A DNA stretch of 64,000 nt from assembly GCA_028534125.1 (NCBI GenBank), contig CM052816.1, positions 88,538,001 to 88,602,000 of the forward strand. The letters are read 5' to 3'. This document shows positions 26,857 to 40,170 of the stretch, piece after piece. The translations under genes were made by a program, and so were the position numbers. Position 1 is the stretch's first letter. Each line of letters starts with the position of its first letter. The notes beneath the pieces were generated by a model. That model was not told the origin of the DNA, did no database searches, and saw nothing but the letters and a program-made list of their open reading frames with translations. Source of the DNA: Lama glama (Eukaryota).

Positions 26857-27303
26857 TTTGGCATTTTATAAAAAGTCGTATCAATTTTATACAAGGTGAT
26901 TCATATGAACATCAATTTTATATTACTCACTTTTTAATCTCCCAGCCATAATTATATCAATAGTAACTAGTATGGGTTTCTACATTTTTTAGTGCCTATT
27001 TTATTATTATATTATGTTAGCTAAATTTAAAACATAGAATAGCATTTTCTGCATATGGTAAACACATATGCAGACTCTACTAATGAATTCTTGGGTCATT
27101 TCAATTTACTGATAGATTTGATTTTGGTCATATTTTTATTGATTTCTGCTGCAAGATAATTCTCAGGTAAGTAACCTGAAAAAAAATACTCAAATGTAAT
27201 TTAGATTCTTTAAAATATAATAATATTTACATATTTAATGGGCTATAAGTAACATTTAAAATGTATAGCTTCATACAAATGGCTTTATAGCTTTGCTTGT
27301 TGA

Positions 27304-27324
27304 ATATATATATATATATATATA
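27304..27324. repeat. (TA)n microsatellite
   Basis: atatatatatatatatatata. Confidence 0.9.
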
Positions 27325-27599
27325 AAAACACACATATATAATATATGCTATATGCAATTTTTATTGCATTGTAGTTTTTTTTTAATTTGAAATACAACAA
27401 ATGACAATCACAAATAAACAGTTACAAAGCAAAAAGTCATGACTCCAAATTCTGTCTATATATAGCTAACAATTTTAAGAGGTCAGGATAGATTTTTCCA
27501 AAACTTACTCAACAAACATTTACATATATATATATAAAAGTATATTTTTTGCAACAATATGCTTTATCTATTTAATTTTTTTTCTTTCTGTCTTGAAAT

Positions 27600-28127
27600 G
27601 GGCTGTTTCTCTACACAGTAGTCAGAGACTCAGTTGGACTAGGTGAAATTACTGGCAGCTTTCTCTGTAGTGGTTCTGACAGATAAATTGCGTGGGCACT
27701 TGCTGGCAAGGTTCTCCATCAACCAGCATAGCGCAACTCCTCAAACCTGCTGTGGTTCACAGCCTACAGTTTACATATCCATTATCAAGCAGTGAACTTC
27801 TACAGACCCGCTGTGGCCCGCACACGCCACCATTTCATCCTTATAGGCAGGCTGCTTGCTCTTTTGGTTGCATTTCTCCTCCTTAGGTGACTGAAGCTTA
27901 GTGTCAAGTGGGTAGCCCTGCCTTGAATTTTTGCCTATCCTTGTTCATTCTTCTTCAGCTTTAGAAATAGTAATTATCTTGTGCAATTCCAACTTGTGTA
28001 CTCCTTGAAGTTCTCCATCAACCTTATACTCAAATTTAAAATTTAATTAAATTTTATTTTGAATAAAAAATTTCTGTTCCCTTTACTGGTGTAGTTTCCA
28101 TCTCCCAGCAGGATCCTGGCTGGTAAA
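27600..28127 (+). mobile_element. ERVL-class solo LTR (LTR41/LTR16-like)
   Basis: The 3' end 'aataaaaaatttctgttccctttactggtgtagtttccatctcccagcaggatcctggctggtaaa' resembles the ERVL LTR terminus. The 5' boundary is approximate. Confidence 0.55.
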
Positions 28128-28217
28128 TTTAGTTTTTGTTTTTGCTTTGTGTTGTTTTCCTTTTTCCTACGTATTTTTCCTGTTTTTGAGTTTTTTCTCA
28201 GGTAGTGAAATTTGTCC

Positions 28218-28409
28218 AGGCATATAAATACAGAATGGTGATTACTGATTTTTGACCCTATTGTTACCTCATTAGAATCTGGTGGACAATTCTGGAAACT
28301 GCACATCTGCATCTCTCACCAGATCTTCCTTACTTTTCCAGTCCTCTCGATTTCACTGAGAATTATCCTGTTTTCATCTATTTTTCAAATTGAACACAAC
28401 TGCAAATAT
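28218..28409 (-). repeat. Copy B of the 192-bp inverted duplication (partner 16456-16647)
   Basis: Reverse complement of copy A, with ~94% ungapped identity. Confidence 0.95.
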
Positions 28410-28538
28410 TTAGAGTATGAAAGTTAGACACTTTCTTATGGGGTAGATCAAATGTCTTACTTTCAGAATTTATGTATATTTTTATCTCTGATAATTATAC
28501 TTTATGATGATGACACGGATGATGCTGCTGATTGTGAT

Positions 28539-28567
28539 GTGTGTTTGTGTGTGTGTGTGTGTGTGTG
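28539..28567. repeat. (GT)n microsatellite
   Basis: gtgtgtttgtgtgtgtgtgtgtgtgtgtg. Confidence 0.9.
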
Positions 28568-28849
28568 CAAAGTGTGTAGAAGAGTGTAGAATAGCTTAAA
28601 GCCCTAGGATAGGATGATTTGACAAAAAGACTTTTAGAAATTTCATACTCATATGATAGTTTTAAGATAATCTCTAAATCAGATTATATATATTGAATTT
28701 ATCCATTAGGTTTGGTGTCACAGAACTAATATATCTTTTGTTTACTTTGCTCCATAGTTATTTATCTAATGACCAGTCCTTATCTAATGACTTCATTCTT
28801 ACTAATTCGTATTATAAATAAGTCAAGATTGTCCATTTTAAATCTCTTT

Positions 28850-29270
28850 AACAAAGCATTCAAAACTGTCAGCTCCATATTGTCTTTCTAGCTTTATTCT
28901 TCACTCAAAACACATAGCTTATCATACCATGACCTGAAGTTATGGGTCTTTTATAGCTGTGTGCTTTAGAAAATGTGTTCTCTATTCCTGAAGTGAATTT
29001 GCACCCTTATCTTTGTATAAAACTTCACATACTTCAAGTTGAAAAATTAACATTGCATATACAACTTCTCATCCCACCAGAGATACATAGCTGCACTGCA
29101 TGCTGCTTGTTCACTGCCCTTTATGTTTCTTCATTGTAGTCCGTACTATGTAATAGTGTCATATATTTCAGTGCCTACTTCAGTAGACAAAAAACACTCA
29201 AGGAAGGGTATCTTTAATGAAATCAATATATTGCTAAAGCTTTACAATCAGGCATTTTTGGAATAAGTCA
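28850..29270 (+). mobile_element. L2 3' fragment
   Basis: Degenerate L2 3' motifs such as 'ctgtgtgctttagaaaatgtgttctctattcctgaagtg' and 'catacttcaag'. Confidence 0.45.
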
Positions 29271-30822
29271 GTTTATATAATTGTATGTACATGTTTCAGG
29301 AAAGATACTATAATGTGACAGATATAGTATTTTGCAGAGAAAAAATGAAATTTAGTCAAAAATAAGATACAAACATACTCATAAATTAAAAATTGATTTT
29401 TAAAATTTTTCACAAGATTTTCTTTCAAAAAATCCAATAGACACCAATCTATTTTCATACATAGATATATTTTTGACTTGAATAGCTCCAAGTAAAGTTT
29501 CTAATTCAACAGCAACACACATTCTTTTCATAAAATTAAACTATAATCTTTAGATAAGACATATATTTTCTTAGTATTTTCACAGAAACACTAAAAAATT
29601 TAAAATGCTGTATTTTTATAGAAAGGAAAGCTGAGACAGTGGAATTGTCAACATATATGCAGCAGATCACTGTAGATAAAATAATACAGTATACCCTCTA
29701 TAATGTACTTCTACTGTGTTATACTTCTTAGTATAATTTGTGTTGACATTGAACATCCTTCCAAATAACTAAATGTGCTTTGCAAACACTTTCTTAATGT
29801 TATTTTAAAAATTGTACAATATTTTGGCTCAAAAGTGTTAACATCATGTTGTAGAATTTTGGCATGGAATATTCCTCTATTGTAACTTTCTTTTTTGGTG
29901 ATGGTGCCCTAAAAATTATTAATAACAGTTGTGAGAATAGGCATTTTCTGGGTTAAAAAATACACATGTTAATTCAGTATTTGGGGTTATTGTATGAAGT
30001 ATAAAGGCCATCATCCATGTTTTCTTGGTAGATGGCGAGATCTTAAAAATGAAATTCAACATGGAATTGAAGGCACATTTTTTAAACCATCATACAAAGT
30101 CAGAGAGGTCAAGCTTTCTGAAATCAGTGAGAAGAGAATAATCGTATTTGCTTCCAGAAATACACAGCATCTTGGAACACATTGCAAGCCCTGCATGTTT
30201 CTTAATTGGCAAAGCAACTCTAGGCCTGAGATTTCTGGTCAATATTTTATTAACTACCTCTCAGGGGAAATACCAAAAAGGTCACAGAGGAAAGAAACGT
30301 TTCTCAATATCCACATTACATTCAACAGCCTGATGGATCCAGAAATTGAAGAAGACACAGAGATAATGATCTCAGAACACCTATAATACTGCCCTTTGAT
30401 GCCATCAAGGAAGGGGAAAATATCAGGAAAATGAGTGGTTGAAAAGTGTTGGTGTATTGAAATTCAGTCTGCTCACCTAATACTTTCTCTCAACAGTGTG
30501 AATTCACATTTTAAGTATAAACAAGAAGAAGGACTGCACATCTTATAAAATTCTAACTTGCAGGCATACATAGTCAAAATGCACTAGAGGAACAGATTAT
30601 GATTTTTTTCCCTCCAATTCATAATAGGATGAACATGCATTTCACTGCCCACACTGACTTGGCAAGTCAACTACCAATGTTCAAAGGAAAAATAATGTAT
30701 GTATGAAAGGAGAGAAGGTTAGCGCTCTCCTGGACAAGGATTGGAAGAGGCCCTTGGGCCTGACAACATGCATACAGTGAGTGTGCTGCCACCTACTTTG
30801 AGGCATCTAAGCATCATTTCTG

Positions 30823-31045
30823 AGAGATAAATTGGGAGTTTGGGATTTGCAGATACTAGCTAGTTTATATAAAATATGTAAACAACAAGGTCCTATTGTA
30901 TAGCACAGGGAACTATATTCAATATCTTGTAGCCTACAATGAAAAAGAATGTGAGAAGGTATATCTGTATGTATAACTGAATCACTGTATTGTACACCAG
31001 AGACTACTACAACATTGTAAATTGACTAGACTTCAATAAAAAAAG
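30823..31045 (+). mobile_element. Artiodactyl/camelid L1 3' end
   Basis: 'gataaattgggagtttgggatttgcagatac...aacaacaaggtcctattgtatagcacagggaactatattcaatatcttgta...cttcaataaaaaaa'. Confidence 0.9.
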
Positions 31046-31173
31046 GAAAGGAAAAATCATGAGTTATTTTGTAAAAATTTGAAGTACATGGTAATGAAAC
31101 CATACTATTAATTAATGTAATGCAGATGAAGCTGTCCTAAGGGAAAAAAAAGTATATAGTTTTAAATTTTCTT

Positions 31174-31412
31174 TTTTTTAATATTTTTATTGCATTATAA
31201 TCATTTTACAATGTTGTGTCAAATTCCAGTGTAGAGCACAATTTTTCAGTTATACATGAATATATATATATTCATTGTCACATTTTTTTCTCTGTGAGCT
31301 ACCATAAGATCTTGTATATATTTCCTCGTGCTGTACGGTATAATCTTGTTTATCTATTCTACATTTTGAAATTCCAGTCTGTCCCTTCCCACCCCCACAT
31401 CCCCTTGGCAAC
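31174..31412 (-). mobile_element. Camelid L1 3' end (younger subfamily)
   Basis: Poly-T, then 'ttttacaatgttgtgtcaaattccagtgtagagcacaatttttcagttatacatgaa...tgagctaccataagatcttgtata...ccccttggcaac'. TSD ttaaattttctt (31162-31173) / ttcaattttctt (31413-31424). Confidence 0.9.
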
Positions 31413-32149
31413 TTCAATTTTCTTATTTGAAAACAAGAGTCCTGAAACTTTATATTTTATTTTTGGAAAGTACAAATAAATGAACAGATTAAAAACAAGT
31501 AAACACAAAGAAGGAAATAAATGTTAAAGCAAAAATAACAACAATAATGAATTGGATACTAGGTGAAAAATAGAAAACAAAATTGACAAAGTTAATTTTT
31601 TAAATAAATTTTAATAAATTGTTAGCCCTCGAGAAAGACTAGAGGTTTCATAATGTCATTAAATTGGGCAAAAATTAAGATAAGATGATCATAAAGTAAA
31701 TTTGTATTTTCTCAAGGCTAATCATGATTAGAAATCAAGGAACAATGTAGAGCTTAAGCCAAATATCTGGAATGATTTATTTCCATTATTCCTAGGATAT
31801 TTGGAAAACAGTAATCAATGCAATGAAAATGTAAACAATAGATTATAGAATGACTCTTTGATTAGTGTCCATCACATGGTTTCAATACAAATGGTTCATC
31901 TTATTTGCTGTGAATCTTGTGATAAGTTTAGTTCATTCAACTCAAAAAGGAAGAACGCCAAAATATGAGTGGAAACTAACTAGTTAAGCATAAGGGGAAA
32001 TAATTGGAATTCAATGAAGCCAAATATCCCTGCATATAAAGTTATGCCTTACACCTAAATTAAACTAATTAGCTAGAAAGAGTTAATGCAGCTTCCAAAG
32101 GCACTGTTCTTAATAGTGAAGAACAGTTTATGAACTGAATGAAGCTGGT

Positions 32150-32308
32150 TCATAAAGTCTAAGAGGCTTAATATAGTCTAATCCACACTTCTTTTTTTAC
32201 AGCTTAAAATCTTGAGGCATGGAAAATTTGTAAGAGTTCCCAAAGTTCACACCAGTAGTTAGTAGAATAATTCACCCAATTCAGTGTCCATTCTGCTACA
32301 GCACAACA
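32150..32308 (-). mobile_element. MIR fragment
   Basis: 'tagtctaatccacact...ttttacag...tgaggcatgga...ttcccaaagttcacaccagtagttagtag...cagtgtccattctgctacagcac'. Confidence 0.6.
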
Positions 32309-34836
32309 TTTTAAATTCAGTTTAATAGCATTGTTTACTCTACATCAAATGTAAAATCTTTAAAATGTAGTTTAACGTGCAATTTTCAAATGTTAAAAAC
32401 TGCTTGGCTTTTGCGCAGTTATTTGTGCTCCATTTATTCCTATCCTGTTTCTTTCTTATCTGGGATATATCTGCTATCTGGGAAAAAATTTACATTTTTG
32501 GTGGTGTTTATAACATTTATATCTATATGAAGAAATAAAGGTAAAATAGAAATCTAAATCTTCCCTGAACTGTGCATGAAGATTATTACTAAATAATATC
32601 ATATCTTTTCTCATCTATAATTGATTTGCCTTAAAATAGGCATTTAGAAAAGTGAATGAGACAATTATAAAATTTATTCCCCTATACTGAAAATTTGGCT
32701 AAATCTAAATCTTAAGTATAAATCTGATAGCCACCATAATAAACACAGTCTCTAATTATAGTTATCATGTGTTCCTGGAAACTATTTCCTGACTATAAAT
32801 CTTTATAAACAAAATTATGATTGTACAAAGCCTGCTATACTATCTATATTCTAACCTTCCACAGATTAACGTCAATCTTTCCCTTATAGTCTCACCAATA
32901 TTTTGTTAATTTTATCATGTGTTTTTGATACGCCTAAGTGCGCTTGATATTAAGATAGACCCTGGAAATATATGAAGACAAATATAGTTTCATCCCTCAA
33001 GGATTCACATTCTAGTGAGAGTTATTTTATTTTCTGAATTTCTATATAAACCACATATTTGACATATGTCAACTTATTTATCCTATCACCTTTGTCACAT
33101 ATCTACAAACAGATTTTCAGTGGAGTAATGAGATGGCTATATTTTTATTGTTAGCAGGAACCTAGTATGTTACTGTGAATATATTTGATTGCAATAATCA
33201 GTAACTATATTCGGGTAAAATAGCTATTTTTAACCTAATAATATTGCTTAGTTTAGGCAAGAATAGTTTGATACTTATACAAAAGCATAAACCATACACA
33301 TATAGAGATACATTTTTAAACCATAAATATATATATTTAAATTTTGAAATGGATGTATAGACTTAAGTTGATTAAGTATAAGTATTCTTTACATTGTTAA
33401 GGATTTACTTAATTACAGTTACTATGATTTAAATTAAAATAAAAAGGTAAACCTATTCTGATCAAAGACTTAGGTTAGCCAATTACTGCAGTGCACCCAA
33501 GAGTATATGTTTTACTGTACTCTTCTTTTCAATGGAAATGTTTCTTGCCAGGAAACAAGAATTTAAATGAATGAAAAAAATGACAGCACATTATCAAAGC
33601 AATTGAATACATATGTAATGTTCAATCCTATTAAAGGTTTGGAAATTTAGTATGGTTTGCCTATTGTTTGGCAATTATAAAACTGGCAGACTTATACAGC
33701 TATGGAAAAAAATATTGGTGTTCTTTTTCTGATACAGAAGAAAATTAAGAATATGTTTTTATTTAAAAGCAATTAGCTGCAAACAGGTATATTCTTTGCC
33801 TTAGATTTAATTATTTGAATAAGGCTGAAACTTTCCAAGATACACTGACTTCCATGTGACATGTTATTGGAGGCTGGTAATTTAGGAAAATCTTAATATA
33901 TTCAACTGGGTACATTTTAATAAAAAATTGAAATATTTATTTCAAAAAGTATTAAAATACTATATATATATGTACAATTGCAAGTTACTTATGAGGACTT
34001 TAGATTTATAGGAATAATTGATCATCAGAATAAAAAATGAATGAAATGAAAAAACTTAATGTGTCCAAACTTTCAATTCTATCCTCATTGTTTTTAGTAC
34101 ATGACTTTTATCTCCTGTTTCACAAAAAGGAAGCTGTCAGATAGTCAATCTGTTGAAAATGCATGACCTAACTTACACACTTATCCGAAATCCTATTCAT
34201 TTTATATGTGTGTATACATACACAGTACATACACATTACATAGAATGTACTCAGTAAGTGAGTGTTCATTTATGCTACACAAATACATCCTCTTGGAGTG
34301 GAATATATTTTGAGCAAGTTAGAATTAAATAAGTAGTGACTTGCATTTGTTTACATCAAAAATTTTTGTATTATCTATAAAATAATGCTTTCTTTGGGGG
34401 CAATGAATTCAAGTTATAAACTGATGATCTCAGTAAAAAACAAAAATCTGTCAGCGTTACCTAAATGTTTGAATGATATGCATAATTACAACTCATTCTT
34501 TAAACTTTGTTGTAGAAAATCTCCCTTTCTCCTAGCTTCTTATTTTTATATGAAGGGGGCTCCATTAAATAAATACAGGTGGACCTTGTCCCAGAATGGA
34601 GTCACTGCTCTAATAGGCGACTTTGTGAGATTAAATTGAGAATGTAGGAATTCCTCCTGCTCTCTTTTGTAAAACCTGCATATTGCTGGAGAGGGCCTGT
34701 CTGGTACTACATTTAATAGTTTTTACAGTCTCTTCCTCATGGAGGCGAGCCTGCTGTGGGGTTTGCAATTGATGCAAGACTACGAGTGGATTTATGTTCA
34801 GTTTTGGGGTGTAGTCAAAGGAAGCTCATTATTACC

Positions 34837-35185
34837 ATATTATAACTTACACATGAAATCTAGATTAGTCAAATTCATAGAAGCAAAGAGTAGAATGGTA
34901 GTAGCGGGGGACTAGGTGGAGGCAGACATAGAATGTTGATCAAGAAAAGGGGTACAAAGTTTCAGTTATGTAAGATGAATAACTCATGCAGATCAAATGT
35001 ACAACAACGTGATAATAGCTAACAATACTTTATTGTATATTTAAAATCTGCTAAGAGGGTAGATTTTAAGTGTTCTCATCGAAAAAAAAAGAAAGGAAAA
35101 GACAACTATACAAGGTGATAGGTATGTTAATTACCTTGATAGTGATTATAATTTCAAAATGTATACATAAATCAAGTTATCAAGG
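34837..35185 (+). mobile_element. L1MA9-like 3' end
   Basis: 'gggtacaaagtttcagttatgtaagatgaataa...tgctaagagggtagattttaagtgttctca...gtgataggtatgttaattaccttgat'. Confidence 0.85.
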
Positions 35186-35349
35186 AACAAAATTCTTTAT
35201 ACTCTTTTGCATAATGCTCCATCTCAACTGCTTCTTTTTAAAAAGGTGTTTTACCAGAGGTTCACCATAAGTTGTGATTCTAAAAATGTATATTGGAATA
35301 AGGAAAAAACTTTATCCTACAGACGATTGTATCATGCATTATATATGAT

Positions 35350-35720
35350 GTTGGAAGCATCTCACACACTGCCAACAGACACGCTAACCTCCAGCTATAC
35401 TGAACTTTTAGCTATTTCTTCATACTCAATTTTATTTATTTTGCTATGACTTTGTTTATGATGTTTCACTTATTTTATTTATTATCTATTGGAAAAAGAC
35501 TTAATTCATCTTCACAGGCACAATGAAGGTCACCTCTGAGAATTCTTCATTGATGTTTTTAGTCTCTAGGCTGTTACAGTGAACAGTGGACATTTCAATA
35601 ACATAGTTGATAGCGCCAAGTGTATTATAACTTTCTCTTCCCCAGGACATTGTGAGTTCATATAACAGAAATGATTTCTTATTTATTAGTACGTTCCTCC
35701 TCCACCACCTAGCCATAGCT
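35350..35720 (+). mobile_element. L2 3' fragment
   Basis: 'ctccagctatactgaacttttagctatttct...aattcatcttcacaggc...aaggtcacctctgag...attgtgagttc'. Confidence 0.55.
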
Positions 35721-35796
35721 CAATATATAAAAATAAATTAGTATAATAAAATTGTTTTTATTTTGTATTAAGGTACTTGGTACTTGACCAAATATA

Positions 35797-35799
<3 letters not shown>

Positions 35800-35829
<30 letters not shown>
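35800..35829. repeat. (TG)n microsatellite
   Basis: Run of about 14 uninterrupted tg units. Confidence 0.95.
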
Positions 35830-35832
<3 letters not shown>

Positions 35833-38015
35833 CAGAATACATATTTAGAATACATATAGGTAAGGAAAAGAAAGAAAAAATAAAAGCTATAAATTACAGG
35901 AATGAGATAAAAAGGGAGCCAGAGTATCAGTAAATACATTGACTATGAATGGTGTTTATCTTACCTTGCCACTGGCTATGACAGGGGAAGGAAAAGTAAT
36001 TCATTCTGTAACTTTTTTCTTTGTTAATCTTAATCATAAATTTACCTTATATATGCTCTGAAAATGATTTGGATTATAATGAGAGCAAACATGAAGTTAT
36101 CTTTAAATGACACAGCTTAAAAGTAGCATATGACTCATAGTATGAAAATATATAAATTAATTTTATGAATGTTAGTTTTATATTTTGTTTTTATTTAGAA
36201 TATTAATTATCAGCCTGAAAATTTTCATTTATTCCCTCATTAACCAAATAAATGAATATTGAAAAGTGATAATAAAACATGTTCAAGCATAGCATAAATG
36301 TAGACTTTAAAACAGCAAAAACTTAAAAATAGTTTTGTAGTTACTTGGGAGTGGAGATCTAATAAGTAATAACAGGCTTTCTGCTTAAGTTAAAAAAAAA
36401 TCAAAATCTTAGGATTCGTAAGACATACCTTAGCAGCCATAAGAATCAAAAGAGGTGGGAAATTTCAATTTTCCATGACTCAGGTGTGAGATATGACATT
36501 GATAGTTGTGCAGTATTAAGAGTTAAAGAAATGATAAATCTATCTATTCTATGGCCTGATAAAACTTTCTCTGAAATATTTGTGTTCTATTTTGTTCAAA
36601 ATTATACCTACAGCAAACTCATGAAACATCTGATATCTATTCTGAAGGAGCCTGAAATTCATGTCTCATTAAAACTACTTGAAGGAGCAAGTAGGTTTAC
36701 CCTGAAGAAGACGAAAGATAGAGTGAACTTAATATCTGAATCTAATATATTAAAAGCTCCATTATATAGAATACCATGTATGATATTTTCTAACACCTTC
36801 AGAAAATGTTAAAAAAGAAAAGCTTACATTATAAGGACAGACATTAATAGTATTCTACACATTCCGTGGGTCTCCAAAGACAGTTAAGAACCAGATCAGC
36901 ACTATTGGTACTCCCATCACTATTACTAGGTATTTAGTTTAATCTCTTATTTCCAATTCTCATATTCTGTATATGTAAGTCTCATATCTGTATTCTTAGT
37001 GACTTTTAAAATATGCTTTAATTAAGTTCATCTTTCTAATATTTCATCTTACTCATAATTTTTCTCCTTCCCCATGACAATATGCTACTTTTAATTGGAG
37101 TTTTTGTTCCTGTAATTTCTCTCCTATTTCTTTCCTCAAGTCACCACTTCAAAATTTTAATGCCATTTTTAAAGATCATCTTTTATTCTATGTTTAATAA
37201 GCTCAAATACTATTTTATTTCTTTGTTTGCAGAATGTGTCAATTTTCATACAGTTCACAGTGTAATTATCTTTATTTCACCTATGCTACCAACCTTTCCT
37301 ACTTATTATTTCCATGCAGTTAACTTACTTAGTTTCTATGCTGACCATTTTCCAGCAATGACTCTTGGAACTAGGTCATGGACAAAAACTTCCTCACCAA
37401 CACACCATCTCTAGACCTAAACCAACCAATACACTCTAGTATTGCTCTGAGTAAAGAAGCCGTCTTTCCTGCAGCAGATGAATGTTTTAGAATATTTTTG
37501 TGCATTTACTGCACGGTAACATTGGTTCAGCTAATTAAACCCGCGTGTGGCAAGAGTGTAGACCATAAGCTCTGCATCCTGTATTCATAGTATCTGCTTA
37601 TATGAAGAAAATTTTGTCTGCTTGTTTTTCTCATCTGGCCCTACCACCCTTTGCAAAGTCCTTCACTAGACACACTTCTGGCCATATCAAGGAAAGATTT
37701 CTTGATTTTACCCCTCATGATGTATATTCTACTTTCAGAAACTACAGTACAAGAAATTTGTAAGACCCTGGGTACAGTTTTTGCTTCAATATTTAATTTG
37801 TACTATACTAGTGAGCATTTCTTCATAGTTTGAGGCTCCTGGTCATGGTTGACTTCTCATTTTATTGCAGATTAAAGTATATTTGCTTGTTGGTATTCTA
37901 ATTTTTGTTAATGTTTTGATGATTTTATCTTTGTATCTGAAATCAAAATACTGACACTTGACAAAAAAAATACTGATATAATAATGAATAAAGAAACTAA
38001 ATCAAAGATACATCT

Positions 38016-38049
38016 TGACATGCCTGATTGACATGCCCTAGACATGTCT
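38016..38049. promoter_or_regulatory. Candidate p53/p63 response element (three RRRCWWGYYY half-sites)
   Basis: TGACATGCCT-gat-TGACATGCCC-t-AGACATGTCT. The third half-site is perfect and the first two each have one mismatch at position 1. This is a motif match only. Confidence 0.45.
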
Positions 38050-39639
38050 GATGCAACGCATGGGAACCAGTCCATTGGTGTCTGAAACTTACAGGGGGCA
38101 CGCATCAGGATCAGGAAAGGCCACTGGGAAACTGAAAGTGGTATGAGAACTCTGGCTGTAGGAGGACGCAGGAAGGTCAAACCATCCAAATATCCCCACT
38201 TTGAGCCCATATCAATTTTCAGAAAAGTCACTATAGAGAGCAACATAATGTGAGCATTAGATTAGACAAGGAGTTTAGCACTTCAGGAGGATGAAATACC
38301 GAAAGTAGAATGAAAGGATTCTCACAGTTGGATTATATTGGAGAGTATAAAACAAGAAGGAAAAAAGAAAAACAACAAAATCTGTGTTAAACTCATTGTA
38401 TACCTATGGTGGGAAATGAAAACTAGAGAAAAAGAGAGAGAAACAGGACATAGAGAGAGAGATAAGAATAAAAATCTAGGGTCCCCAATTTTTCTTTTGA
38501 ACATAAATAGTTTCAAAATCTTTTTTTAAGAAGTGTAAAAAAAAACAAACTCTGCATTAAAAGAATAATGCGTCATTATTAAATGAGGTTAATTGCAAGA
38601 ATATAATAATTAAAGGTAGAAAACCAATCTATGTTGGTAGCATTATATTTGGAGGATAAAATAATCATATGCATGAACTTAAACAATAGTGGTCACATAA
38701 ATATGAGGGAATCGTGAATTATGCAATAAATTGTTTTGGATAAATGAAAAATATATTAGTTATTTTATACATTAACCTAAATACTTATCAATGAACATAT
38801 AATATGTAAAATGAGGTGATTCAAAAATAATATAAAATAATGAAAGGAATGGGATAAATATATATGTTTATCATCATGGATTGATCTCAAATATGTACTG
38901 TCAGTGTGTCACTTCTATTTTATATCCGTGCTTATTTTTGTCTGCTTAACTTATCAAAGCAAATGAGTCAACATTTATTTTGTTTATAAGCAGTTCACAA
39001 TTTTCAACAGTTCTTCCTCTATTAAATCAGATGTTTTTTTTATTTGTCACATAAAGATTCAATACAATTATATAATTATTTCAAATTATTATATAAGTAG
39101 CTCTCTAGAATTGTCCAATTACTTATTGTGTTCTTAGTAATTCCTGGCATGATTTCATTTGGACTGAAATTGTCTGTTCTAATTTCACTTTATCCTTTTA
39201 CCTCATACAACTCAGAATAATTTTATTTTGAATCATTCCCTGTAAAAACAATATGGTACAATTTTATCTTGACCAACTCTGAAACTTTTCATTTCATTTA
39301 GAGTAACTAAATTTATAACTATATATACAGAACTGTCTCCACATTTTCTCTTTGCACTGGCTGTTTTTTGTTTTTTGTTTTGTTTGTTTGTTTGTTTTTA
39401 CCCTACTGTAAGCCTCTGAAGCTCTTGATTGAAGATTTTTTCAGGCTTAACATGGGTAAGACCAAAATTTCCAGGGATATAAAGACCCTAGAGCTTCGTT
39501 CAGCCATGAGCAGAAGAGGGGTTTCCTTTCTTTCACAGTGACAACTCCTAGACATTGTTTCAAAAGCCTTTATAAAATCTTCCATCAGCACTGAGTGGAT
39601 ATCTAAAACTCAAGCTAAGTTTCAGCTAAAATCGGCAGA

Positions 39640-40170
39640 GAGACACAGAAAAATATGTAAGAGATGTAAGAGCTATGAATGATAGACTTACTCTGCCCAA
39701 CTAGTCACATATGGAGACCATGGAAATAGTGGAGGAGAAGCAAAATTTGAAATAATGTGAGCAATTTCCAAAGTTGGATAAGGAATGAATCCATATATTA
39801 AGGACTCACAATGTATTCCAAGTAGAAAACAAATCTATAACTCACAAAGAAGCTGTAAAACACTAGAAATGACTAATATTAGCTACAGAGAAGAGAATGA
39901 GCATCTAAAAAGGAGGAATTACGAGTCTAAAAGATGATTTTTAAGAGAAAAAAATGGAAACCAGAAACTAGTAAAATATCTTAAAATCATTGTGAGAAAA
40001 TATATACGTAAGAAAAAACCTATCACTTAACACTACCGATAAGATATTACCAAGTAAAACAGAGAATATAATTTCATTAGAGGAAAGTATAAAGGATGTT
40101 TTTCACAAGGAAATTAGTCACTGAAAGAATTTCAGAGGCAAAATTAAGTGTGAAAAAATAAAATGTTAAA
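39640..40170 (+). mobile_element. Ancient L1/HAL1 ORF1-region fragment
   Basis: A-rich sequence with decayed ORF1-like text, 'gaagcaaaatttgaaataatgtgagcaatttccaaagttgg...atgaatcc...aatggaaaccagaa'. Confidence 0.55.

Noticed and set aside
29994..30386. Longest ORF in the track (130 aa)
   Set aside because: No recognisable domain or exon context. An ORF of this length is expected by chance in 64 kb.
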